Positions 1-8,382 of a DNA stretch of 64,000 bases are shown one piece after another. Each line of letters begins with the position of its first letter. Position 1 is the first letter of the stretch. The position numbers and the translations under genes were made by a program. The stretch comes from Candidatus Pacearchaeota archaeon (GTDB lineage: Archaea > Nanobdellota > Nanobdellia > Pacearchaeales > GW2011-AR1), in assembly GCA_023136775.1 (NCBI GenBank), contig JAGLQO010000011.1, positions 34,528 through 98,527 of the forward strand. The letters are read 5' to 3'. Under the pieces are notes generated by a model. The model was given only the letters and a program-made list of their open reading frames with translations. It did no database searches and was not told where the DNA came from.

Positions 1-1920
1 TTAAGCCTGATAGATAATGCCGTGAAACTTTACGGAAAAATGGAGAATTCTTGGAGAATTCAACAAATGTCGGTTGTCGGTAAAAATTTTGGGTTTGATG
101 TTATAACTCCTATTGAGAAATTAACTAAGGAGCAATATGAAATTTTAATGCATGGAAGTAATAAGCCTATTTATGGGAAGTGGTCTTCGGGAGCTCAAAT
201 GAAAATGGAAGATGGATGGGAAGGACTAATTCCTCAAAGCGAAAGATTATACAAACAAACTGAATCAGATTATAGAAGACGACAACTTGAAAAATTTATG
301 CGAAGTCAGATTTGCCCAAGCTGTGGAGGGAAAAGACTTAGAAAAAAGATTTTAGCAATTACTGTCAATAAAAAAAATATTTCTGAAGTTACGGACATGT
401 CAATTGTGAAATGTATTGAATTTTTTGATAAGTTAAAATTAACCGACAAAGAAATGGAGATTGCAAAATTAATTTTAAAAGAAATAAAAGAGCGATTGAG
501 TTTTTTACAAAGTGTAGGTTTATCATATTTGACTTTGTCTAGAAAAGCCGGGACCTTATCTGGCGGAGAAGCTCAAAGGATTAGACTCGCAACTCAGATT
601 GGTGCGAATCTTATGGGAGTTATGTATATTTTAGACGAGCCTTCAATTGGCCTTCATCAAAGAGATAATCGAAAATTAATTGATACGCTTCATAAACTTA
701 GAGATTTGGGAAATACTTTGATTGTTGTTGAGCATGATGAGGATACGATTCGTGAGGCTGATTATGTTGTTGATATGGGACCTGGTGCTGGGATTCATGG
801 TGGAGAAATAATTGCAAAGGGAACACCAAAACAAATTGAAAAAAACAAAAATTCTTTGACTGGGCAATATTTGTCTGGAGAAATGAAAATTGAAACTCCT
901 AATCGTAGAAAGCAAAGTAATAAATATATTAATATAACAGGATGTAAAGAAAATAATTTGAAAAACATCGATGTGAAAATTCCAATAGGAATTATGACTT
1001 GCGTTACTGGGGTTTCAGGTTCTGGAAAATCAACCTTAATTAATAGTATTTTAAGTAAGGGAATGGAAAAGAAATTGGCTAAAGATTCTAAGGTTCGTCC
1101 TGGGAAGCATAAAGAAATTACTTTGGATTCAAAAATTGATAAAGTGATTGTTATTGATCAGTCTCCAATTGGGAAAACTCCGCGAAGTAATCCTGCAACT
1201 TATATTAAAGTTTTTGATGAAATTAGAACTTTATTTGCTAGTACTCGTGAAGCTAAAATTCGGGGATATAAACCTGGACGATTTTCGTTTAATGTTCCTG
1301 GCGGGAGATGTGAGAAATGTCAGGGAGACGGAACAATAAAAATAGAAATGAATTTTTTACCTGATGTTTATGTCGAATGTGAAGAATGCAAGGGGAAGCG
1401 ATATAATAAAGAGACTTTGCAGGTTTTGTATAAGGGGAAAAATATTGCACAAATTTTGGACATGAGCGTTGAAGAAGCTTTGGAAACTTTTGAAAATGTA
1501 TCTTCTATTTATACAAAACTTGAAACTTTAAATCGTGTGGGCTTGGGATATATTAAACTTGGACAAAGCTCAACAACTCTTTCTGGCGGGGAATCTCAAA
1601 GGATTAAGTTAACGAAGGAGCTAGCAAAAAGAGGAACTGGGCAAACTCTTTATTTATTGGATGAACCGACGACTGGGCTTCATTTCCACGACGTTAGAAA
1701 ACTTCTTCGAGTAATTGAGGGATTGGTTGATAAAGGAAATACGATGGTTATAATTGAACATAATTTAGATGTAATAAAATACGCCGACCATATAATTGAC
1801 CTCGGACCCGAAGGTGGAGAGGGTGGAGGAACTGTTTTAGCAACTGGTGCACCTGAAGATATTGTTAAAGTTAAAGAATCTTATACTGGAAAATTTCTTA
1901 AGGAAGTATTAAAAAATTGA
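1..1920 (+). CDS. uvrA: Excinuclease ABC subunit A (UvrA), 5' end cut by window edge
   Basis: Frame is open from nt 1. Two ABC signatures ([24 protein letters not shown]), Walker [10 protein letters not shown], Walker [13 protein letters not shown], zinc-finger cysteines CPSCGG and [16 protein letters not shown]. Confidence 0.95.
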   Translation, partial: LSLIDNAVKLYGKMENSWRIQQMSVVGKNFGFDVITPIEKLTKEQYEILMHGSNKPIYGKWSSGAQMKMEDGWEGLIPQSERLYKQTESDYRRRQLEKFMRSQICPSCGGKRLRKKILAITVNKKNISEVTDMSIVKCIEFFDKLKLTDKEMEIAKLILKEIKERLSFLQSVGLSYLTLSRKAGTLSGGEAQRIRLATQIGANLMGVMYILDEPSIGLHQRDNRKLIDTLHKLRDLGNTLIVVEHDEDTIREADYVVDMGPGAGIHGGEIIAKGTPKQIEKNKNSLTGQYLSGEMKIETPNRRKQSNKYINITGCKENNLKNIDVKIPIGIMTCVTGVSGSGKSTLINSILSKGMEKKLAKDSKVRPGKHKEITLDSKIDKVIVIDQSPIGKTPRSNPATYIKVFDEIRTLFASTREAKIRGYKPGRFSFNVPGGRCEKCQGDGTIKIEMNFLPDVYVECEECKGKRYNKETLQVLYKGKNIAQILDMSVEEALETFENVSSIYTKLETLNRVGLGYIKLGQSSTTLSGGESQRIKLTKELAKRGTGQTLYLLDEPTTGLHFHDVRKLLRVIEGLVDKGNTMVIIEHNLDVIKYADHIIDLGPEGGEGGGTVLATGAPEDIVKVKESYTGKFLKEVLKN

Positions 1921-2040
1921 CATTTTTCCGTGGTCGGAAAAATCGTCAGGGAAAACCCACACAGGATTTTAAGTCCAGACCCCTTACCGTCAACGCCGCA
2001 GATGGTCTGATACAATGAGGGAATTTATTCTAAATTCCCG
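1921..2040 (+). repeat. Family C element, copy 1: three-hairpin unit starting right after the uvrA stop codon; candidate 3'-UTR or small RNA
   Basis: Hairpins tttttccg-tggt-cggaaaaa (1923-1942), cagacc..ggtctg (1976-2009) and gggaattta-ttc-taaattccc (2019-2039). Homologous copies at 26463-26590 (-) and 34470-34606 (+). Confidence 0.7.
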
Positions 2041-2174
2041 TTATTCAGAATTCTCTTCCATGGAAAATCACATCGTCTTCGACGCTGCATTTCCCATGGA
2101 GTATTTTATTTTAAATGAGTTATTTAGGGCTCTACCCAGAATAACTTTTTATATTATGTTATTCTAATAATTAT

Positions 2175-2576
2175 ATGGAAAGAAAAAATGTTTGGATATT
2201 AGAAGATACTAAAGAATATCGTGAAGACCTTGAGAAAATTGTTGTTTCATATGGATTTAATCCTATTAGTTTTGTGGCGCGAAATCCTTTTTTGAAAGCG
2301 TATTCTGAATTAGAAAATAAAGATAATGTTTATGGGATAATTTTGGATAATAGAGTTCCTATTTATGACGAACCAGGTTGCCTTCCGGATGAAGATATTG
2401 GGGTTGATATTGCTTATGAATTGTATTACGATGACTTGATGGATAATGTAAGAGTTGCATTATATACTAGTGATGATAAGAATTCCGTAATACAAAAAGT
2501 TTGTGATATGGGAGTGATGTATCACAATAAAAAAAATGGGACTAGTTGGGTTAAAGATTTTTTGAGCAAGAGCTAG
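2175..2576 (+). CDS. Hypothetical protein, possibly a stand-alone receiver (CheY-like) domain
   Basis: 133 aa. N-terminal VWILED acidic pocket-like motif and a later IILDNRVP, resembling REC domain beta1/beta3 motifs. Weak, read by eye only. Confidence 0.3.
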   Translation: MERKNVWILEDTKEYREDLEKIVVSYGFNPISFVARNPFLKAYSELENKDNVYGIILDNRVPIYDEPGCLPDEDIGVDIAYELYYDDLMDNVRVALYTSDDKNSVIQKVCDMGVMYHNKKNGTSWVKDFLSKS

Positions 2577-2672
2577 GTTGGAGCGTCGGCTTGGTTGGGC
2601 GTTTTTAGCAGGTGCGTGACGAATGAAATGAAGAGCGAACTATAATATATACGAGAACGGAACGTTCTCTAA
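2577..2672 (+). repeat. Family B element, copy B1: ttggagcg head, GAGCGA-type purine-rich body, TATA-like box and terminal hairpin
   Basis: ggttggagcg at 2577. tataatatata at 2641-2651, then hairpin gagaacg-gaa-cgttctc at 2653-2669. Same architecture as six other copies. Confidence 0.7.
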
Positions 2673-2745
2673 TTGACGCGAATAAATTATAAAGTGAACT
2701 TTAAGAATTAATAAAATATTTATACTCCCTTATCTTAGGTTTCTT

Positions 2746-3099
2746 ATGGTAGATAAACTCAGTAAAGAAAAACTTGCTAGAATTCTTGGATTTACTGGTG
2801 ATGTAATTAAGTATAATGATTATCTTACTGGAGAGAGTAAAGAATATGCAATCGGCAAAGGAGAAACTATATCAGAATACAGGTGTCCAATAGATCAAAC
2901 ACCTCTTCTATATGCGGAAGTAAGTCAGGTTTGGTCTGGGCATTATTGTCCCAATTGCGAAAACACATTTGAAGATATTTCCGAAGAGGGATTAATAACT
3001 ACCTGTAAAAACATAATTAAAACAAAGAAAGATGAGCTCAAAGAAATTAGGGAACAAAAGAGTTTATTGATTAAGATTATTGAAATATTAGAGAAATAG
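2746..3099 (+). CDS. Hypothetical protein with a CP..CPNC zinc-ribbon-like motif
   Basis: 117-aa ORF with ATG start. Cysteine pairs RCP and CPNC, coiled C-terminus. Confidence 0.45.
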   Translation: MVDKLSKEKLARILGFTGDVIKYNDYLTGESKEYAIGKGETISEYRCPIDQTPLLYAEVSQVWSGHYCPNCENTFEDISEEGLITTCKNIIKTKKDELKEIREQKSLLIKIIEILEK

Positions 3100-3106
3100 A
3101 TAAATT

Positions 3107-3394
3107 TTAATCATTGGTATACTTCATGGCTATGTGGGAATATCCATTCTTCGAGAGAATTTTTATATCTTCCTTTATTTGTTTATTAAAATATTCCACC
3201 ATAAAATTAGAAGTATATATTTCTCTTTGTTTTATTAATCTTTGAATATTCCTTTCGTGAAACTTTGCTGACTCTTTACTCATTTTCGTTTCCATAGGAG
3301 TTTGGGATATCAGTTCTACTAAATCCGTTTTCATATATCCTTTAGGATTTTTTAGTATAAATATTTTTCTGATTAATATACCTGCCAACAACAA
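3107..3394 (-). CDS. Hypothetical protein
   Basis: 95-aa ORF with no recognisable motif. The true start may be the internal Met (MKTDLVEL). Confidence 0.3.
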   Translation of the reverse strand: MLLAGILIRKIFILKNPKGYMKTDLVELISQTPMETKMSKESAKFHERNIQRLIKQREIYTSNFMVEYFNKQIKEDIKILSKNGYSHIAMKYTND

Positions 3395-3461
3395 ATATAT
3401 ATTTTTATTATTAATAGTTTAAGTTTGTTATTTTTAAAGAATCAAGTGCAAATTATATTAT

Positions 3462-3700
3462 TAAGTATTGGGAAGACAAAGGCAGTTTTTGCTCACGGAT
3501 TAACACGGATGTCTGACGGCATTCACGGATTCAAGGCAGAACTTAATAAAAAAATTACAATCTAGTGTTTTGGATCTGTGAACGCGATAGCGTTTGTGTA
3601 ATCCGTGAGCCATTTTGTCTTGGAGTTTTATTCAACATTTATACTCAACAATTCACTAATTTAAAAATTGGTTAGCAGATACTGATTAATATTATAAAGT
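3462..3700. repeat. Family A element A1: foldback pair of CACGGAT hairpin units plus a conserved TATA-like tail
   Basis: gctcacggattaacacggatg..cattcacggatt at about 3490-3530. Its reverse complement ggatctgtgaacgcgatagcgtttgtgtaatccgtgagcc lies at about 3573-3612. Tail ..caacatttatactcaaca..ctaatttaaaaattggttagc is shared with 5825-5893. Confidence 0.75.
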
Positions 3701-3719
3701 AATTTCTCTTCTATAAACT

Positions 3720-5270
3720 ATGGTAAATCTGACTAAAATTCCGAACAATCCTGGATGTTATTTACATAAAGACAAATTTGGAAAAATTATTTATGTTGGG
3801 AAGGCTAAGAATTTGAAGAAACGGGTTAATAGCTACTTCAACAAAATCCATGAAGACGCAAAAACAAATGCTTTAGTTTCTCATATTGTAAAAACAGATT
3901 TTATTATAACAGATTCAGAAGTCGAAGCTTTGATTTTGGAAAATAATTTAATTAAGAAAAATAAACCAAAATATAATATAGATTTGAAAGATTCCAAAAG
4001 ATATGCGTTTATTCAAATTACTTCTGAAGAATTCCCAAGACTTATTATTGCAAGAAAACGAGAGGGTAAAGGTAAATTTTTTGGACCGTTTGTTTCTGGA
4101 ATGAGTCGAGATTATGTTCTTGAAGCTTTGAAGAAAATTTTTAAAATTAGAACTTGTAGAAAACTTCCAAAAAGAAAATGTATTAGATATGATATTGGGC
4201 TTTGCTCTGCCCCTTGTATAAAGAAGATTTCTAAAGAAGATTATTTGGAAAGTATCAAGGGATGTGAAATGGTTCTTCGAGGGAAAACTTCGCAATTAGT
4301 AAAAACTTTGACGTTTAAAATGAAAGAGTTTTCTCGCAATCAAGATTTTGAAAGAGCATTATCTACTCGTAACCAAATTAGAGCAATAAAAGAATTAGGG
4401 GATAAACAAAAAATGGAAAGACAAAAAGATTATGATGAAGATATAATTAATTGGATTATCCACGATGGGATTGTTCATTTAATGTTATTTAATTCCAGAA
4501 AGGGGATTTTAGAAAACAAACAAGATTTTGAATTTGATTTTAAAGATGATTTTTTAGAAGAATTTTTAGTCCAATATTATTCAGAAAATGAAATTCCTCA
4601 AGAGATTATTTTGCTAGAAAAAGTTGACGCAGTTGTCAAGGAATTTTTAGAGAAAACTTCAAAACACAAAGTAAAAATTACTATGCCGCAAAAAGGTGAC
4701 AAGAAAAACTTATTGGATTTAGTTAAGAAAAATATTGAAATAAATTTATTTGGGGATTCTGAAAAAGTAGAAGATTTGAGAATTAAATTAAAACTTCAAG
4801 AAGTACCTGCCGTGATTGAGTGTTTTGATATTTCGCATTTATCTGGAACCTCCACTGTTGCTTCAATGGTTCAATTTAGAAATGGAAAAGCAGATAAATC
4901 AAATTATAGAAAATATAAAATTCGAACTGTTTCTGGAATTGATGATTTTGCCTCAATGGAAGAAGTTGTCCATCGTAGATATTCAAAATTAAAAAACGAA
5001 AATCTTCCAATGCCAAATTTAATTGTTGTTGATGGCGGGAAGGGGCAGCTTAGTTCAAGTATGCAAGTTTTAGAAAATCTTGATTTGAAAGTTCCGTTAA
5101 TATCTTTAGCAAAACGAGAAGAAGAAGTTTTTGTTCCAGGAAAATCAGAACCAATTATTTTGAGTAAAAAAAGTAAGGCTTTAAAGTTACTACAGGAAAT
5201 TCGAAATGAAGCTCATCGATTTGCAATTACTTATAATCGATTATTAAGGATTAAGAAAGTTAGGGCGTAA
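3720..5270 (+). CDS. uvrC: Excinuclease ABC subunit C (UvrC), short form without the C-terminal (HhH)2 domain
   Basis: GIY-YIG N-terminus (GCYLHKDKFGKIIYVGKAKNLKKRVNSYF), UVR-like QDFERALSTRNQIRAIKEL, endonuclease domain IECFDISHLSG. ORF ends at ..EAHRFAITYNRLLRIKKVRA. Confidence 0.9.
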   Translation: MVNLTKIPNNPGCYLHKDKFGKIIYVGKAKNLKKRVNSYFNKIHEDAKTNALVSHIVKTDFIITDSEVEALILENNLIKKNKPKYNIDLKDSKRYAFIQITSEEFPRLIIARKREGKGKFFGPFVSGMSRDYVLEALKKIFKIRTCRKLPKRKCIRYDIGLCSAPCIKKISKEDYLESIKGCEMVLRGKTSQLVKTLTFKMKEFSRNQDFERALSTRNQIRAIKELGDKQKMERQKDYDEDIINWIIHDGIVHLMLFNSRKGILENKQDFEFDFKDDFLEEFLVQYYSENEIPQEIILLEKVDAVVKEFLEKTSKHKVKITMPQKGDKKNLLDLVKKNIEINLFGDSEKVEDLRIKLKLQEVPAVIECFDISHLSGTSTVASMVQFRNGKADKSNYRKYKIRTVSGIDDFASMEEVVHRRYSKLKNENLPMPNLIVVDGGKGQLSSSMQVLENLDLKVPLISLAKREEEVFVPGKSEPIILSKKSKALKLLQEIRNEAHRFAITYNRLLRIKKVRA

Positions 5271-5579
5271 TTATTTCGGTGGTTCATAAATTAACTGATA
5301 TTTGCCGCTCATTCTTACAAAACTCGTTGGTGTATTTCCATTTTTACATGAATGAGATACTGTTACCAGAGTTGAAGTTTCTCCGGGAAGTTCAATTAGT
5401 TTGTCACAAAAAGAACATTTGACTATTATTATTTTTTCATCTTGTTTTGGGCATTCATGTTCACATATCATATATTTAGTACTTGCGAAAAAAAGTTTGC
5501 AATCTTTGTCTGGGCAAAGAATATAGTTAACATTAGAATCCATATCTGATTTAAGAATTGTTCCTTCTAGATTTTCCAT
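5271..5579 (-). CDS. Hypothetical cysteine-rich protein (zinc-ribbon-like)
   Basis: 102 aa with several C-x2-C-like pairs (CPDKDC, CEHEC, CSFC). Its stop abuts the uvrC stop. Confidence 0.4.
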   Translation of the reverse strand: MENLEGTILKSDMDSNVNYILCPDKDCKLFFASTKYMICEHECPKQDEKIIIVKCSFCDKLIELPGETSTLVTVSHSCKNGNTPTSFVRMSGKYQLIYEPPK

Positions 5580-5640
5580 GATACTATATGATTATTAATG
5601 TATTAATATTTTTCGTAGTTGTATATCTGTTAAACTAAAA

Positions 5641-5893
5641 TTAGAATAGCTCGCGGATTTTGGAGATTATGTGGATTAAGACAGGAAGACAATTTTTGCT
5701 CACGGATTTTCACAGATGATTTCATCATTCACGGATTTAATACAGAAATTAATAGACAAATAATATACAAGCTAGTGGCTTGAATCCGTGAATGCCGCTC
5801 GGCATCTGTGTAAATCCGCGAGCCAAATTGCTTTGGAATTTTATTTGACATTTATGTTCGAACTAATTTAAAAATTGGTTAGCGGGTACAGAA
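5641..5893. repeat. Family A element A2: foldback pair plus a conserved TATA-like tail
   Basis: gctcacggattttcacagatgatttcatcattcacggattt (5697-5747). Inverted copy cttgaatccgtgaatgccgctcggcatctgtgtaaatccgcgagcc (5779-5824). Tail ..gacatttatgttcgaactaatttaaaaattggttagcgggtacag ends 1 nt before the ATG at 5895. Confidence 0.75.
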
Positions 5894-5894
5894 A

Positions 5895-6476
5895 ATGGAT
5901 GTAATTATTGAGTTGAATATATTCGTATTACTTATTATAATGATTTTAATCTTCTTAATTATAGGCAATATGGAAGAAAAAGAAACACCAAGAATAAAGA
6001 CTAATCATAAACCAATGAAATTTGAATATTCTCAAATTACTAAATATATTTATATTGGGACCAATATGTGTTGCCAAGCTCATCTTGAACCCGAATTGAA
6101 AAAAAGAAAAATTAGGGCTGTCGTTAGCTTAGAAAAACGTAAAGTTGATAGACCTATCGGAGTTGATTATTATTTATGGCTACCTACAAAAGATCGTCAA
6201 CCGCTGACTATTACAAAACTCAGAATAGGTGTTGCACTCCTAAAGGAGGCTACAAAAGATAAAACAAAATGCTATGTTCATTGTCAACATGGTAACGGCA
6301 GAGCCCCAACTTTAGTTGCTGCTTTTTTGGTAAGTAGCGGAATGGATACTGAGGATGCATTTGCTCTAATAAAAGAAAAAAGACCAAACATTCATCCGAA
6401 TAGAAAACAAGTTGCTATGGTAAAGAAATTTGAAGTAATGTATAGAAAATATATGGCTGAATTATTGTTTGCATAA
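5895..6476 (+). CDS. Membrane-anchored dual-specificity or tyrosine protein phosphatase
   Basis: N-terminal hydrophobic segment. Cys-X5-Arg active site VHCQHGNGRAPT. Confidence 0.7.
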   Translation: MDVIIELNIFVLLIIMILIFLIIGNMEEKETPRIKTNHKPMKFEYSQITKYIYIGTNMCCQAHLEPELKKRKIRAVVSLEKRKVDRPIGVDYYLWLPTKDRQPLTITKLRIGVALLKEATKDKTKCYVHCQHGNGRAPTLVAAFLVSSGMDTEDAFALIKEKRPNIHPNRKQVAMVKKFEVMYRKYMAELLFA

Positions 6477-6627
6477 AATTGGGACTTAGAAAGGTTCGGT
6501 TTTGAGACAACCCACAAAACTGAATTTGGATAGAGAAGTCTGCAAGACTTTGGAATCTCTTAATCGCTATTATATTCCCCGAAACTCTAAAATTTAATGC
6601 AACATTCCGAAAGAAAATTTCAGAGTT
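6477..6627 (+). repeat. Family D mosaic repeat D1
   Basis: The 3' block ttatattcccc-gaaactctaaaatttaatgcaacattccgaaagaaaatttcagagtttt matches 8195-8262. In this copy it contains a long imperfect stem aaactctaaaattt / aaaatttcagagttt. Confidence 0.6.
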
Positions 6628-6837
6628 TTATTTTTGTCTTTTTTTTCTTGAAACTAAGAAACTTATAAAAATGCCAGTACCTAATCCTATTAATGTAAAT
6701 GCAGGAACGGCTGTAGAAAATTCATTTACTAAAGATAATCCAATTCCAATACCTATAAATAAACAGGCAGGAATGGGCCATTTGTTGATATCCTGTGGTA
6801 ATTTGTCAATATAATGTTTTTTCATTTTTGTTCCCAT
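6628..6837 (-). CDS. Small membrane protein (two predicted TM helices)
   Basis: 69-aa ORF with hydrophobic stretches PIPACLFIGIGIGLSLV and AFTLIGLGTGIFISFLV and a basic C-terminus. Confidence 0.4.
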   Translation of the reverse strand: MGTKMKKHYIDKLPQDINKWPIPACLFIGIGIGLSLVNEFSTAVPAFTLIGLGTGIFISFLVSRKKRQK

Positions 6838-6993
6838 TAAATATTAATAAATAAATATGGTATTTAAAACTTCTGTAATGAGCAAAAATAAAATTGAATA
6901 TAACGTTTGGGATATACGAAGTTTTTCTGGAACAGGCGGAAGAAATCCGCGGAGTTGTGTTTAAGTTCCAATTAATGCTTGACGAAGTTAAGA

Positions 6994-7980
6994 CTATATG
7001 TGCGTAACACTGGGGGAGTTCATTTTCTTCTTTTTATTTTGATTTATTATTATAACCACATTCCCTTTTTTGTGACCTTTGTCAACATATCTATGGGCTT
7101 CAATAATTTGTTCAAGAGGATAGCGCTTATCAATAACTGATTTTAACTTCCCCTTTTCAATAAGTTCTTTTAAGAATATTAAGTTTTCAACTTTTAACTT
7201 AACAGATGATGTAAGGGAGTTAAGATAAATTCCAGTCTTTTTTAGGGATTTTTTTCTTTTTGAGGGTTCTATTTTACCTACTGTATCAAAAATAATATCA
7301 TAAGTTTCACCACTTTTGATAAAATCTTCTTTAGTATAATCAATAACTTTGTCTGCGCCTAAAGATTTTACTAGCTCCAAATTTGATGTGCTACATACCC
7401 CTGTAATAACTGCTCCAAAATATTGGGCAATTTGTATTGCAAAAGTACCCAAACTTCCTGAAGCACCATGGATAAGAATTTTTTGACCTTGTTGGATATT
7501 CGCTTTTCTAAGAATACCTAGTGCAGTTAATCCACCATTAGGAATTGGGGCAGCCTCTTCATAAGTCATATTACTAGGTTTTATTGCAATCATTCCATTT
7601 TCAGACATGCATTTGTATTCAGCATAAGCACCAAACTTAAATCCCTCAAAAGTAGATGCAAACACTTGATCTCCTTTTCTAAACTTAGTTACATCTTTTC
7701 CTACTGCTTCAATTTCTCCAGCTAGATCCATTCCCAGTATCATTCTTGGTTTTCTAAAACCTATTAATATTCTCATGATAGGCTTGGAAAAGAAATCCTT
7801 CACAGGACCTAAGCCAGGTTTGAAAGCCCTAAGTTTAGTATCTCCTACATGTACAGTTGTAGCATGTATTTTTATTAAAACTTCATTATCTTTAGGAATA
7901 GGTTTGTCTATTTCTGTCAATTTAAGAACTTCTGGAGGTCCATACTTTGTACATATGATTGCTTTCATTTTTTCATTCAT
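6994..7980 (-). CDS. NAD(P)-dependent medium-chain dehydrogenase/reductase (quinone oxidoreductase or alcohol dehydrogenase family)
   Basis: MDR layout: N-terminal GroES-like region ([14 protein letters not shown]), Rossmann motif [18 protein letters not shown]. The start may be the internal [10 protein letters not shown]. Confidence 0.75.
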   Translation of the reverse strand: MNEKMKAIICTKYGPPEVLKLTEIDKPIPKDNEVLIKIHATTVHVGDTKLRAFKPGLGPVKDFFSKPIMRILIGFRKPRMILGMDLAGEIEAVGKDVTKFRKGDQVFASTFEGFKFGAYAEYKCMSENGMIAIKPSNMTYEEAAPIPNGGLTALGILRKANIQQGQKILIHGASGSLGTFAIQIAQYFGAVITGVCSTSNLELVKSLGADKVIDYTKEDFIKSGETYDIIFDTVGKIEPSKRKKSLKKTGIYLNSLTSSVKLKVENLIFLKELIEKGKLKSVIDKRYPLEQIIEAHRYVDKGHKKGNVVIIINQNKKKKMNSPSVTHI

Positions 7981-8094
7981 TATAATTTATATTAATTGAC
8001 CTTATTAATAAAGTCTCCTTTTTAAATTAATTTCTGCAAAGCAGACTATACATCCTAAGAATGAATTCCCCCATTTTTTCTTTTTAGAATTTAA

Positions 8095-8262
8095 ATACAA
8101 TTGAATATAACATCGGAATTTAACGAAGTCGCACGAAGTGCGATTTAGGTGGAGAAACCTGTAAAGTTTCGGAACCGTTAAATTTTTGTTATATTCCCTT
8201 AAGAGTTGAATTTTAATGCAATGTTTCGAAAGAAAATTTTAGAGCTTTGAAACCCGAGCGTT
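8095..8262 (+). repeat. Family D mosaic repeat D2
   Basis: The 5' block aattgaatataac..acgaagt with hairpin tcgcac-gaa-gtgcga matches 6886-6990, where the hairpin is gcgga-agaaa-tccgc. The 3' block matches 6570-6627. Confidence 0.6.
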
Positions 8263-8382
8263 ATCAACTTCTGTAAATCGGACTATTTTTTAAAAGGAAG
8301 TGTCTCCTTAAAATCAAGAGTGTGACTTAAAAGTAATTAAATATCGAAAAAATTTATAAATCACCTATTTATTTATTATTCT

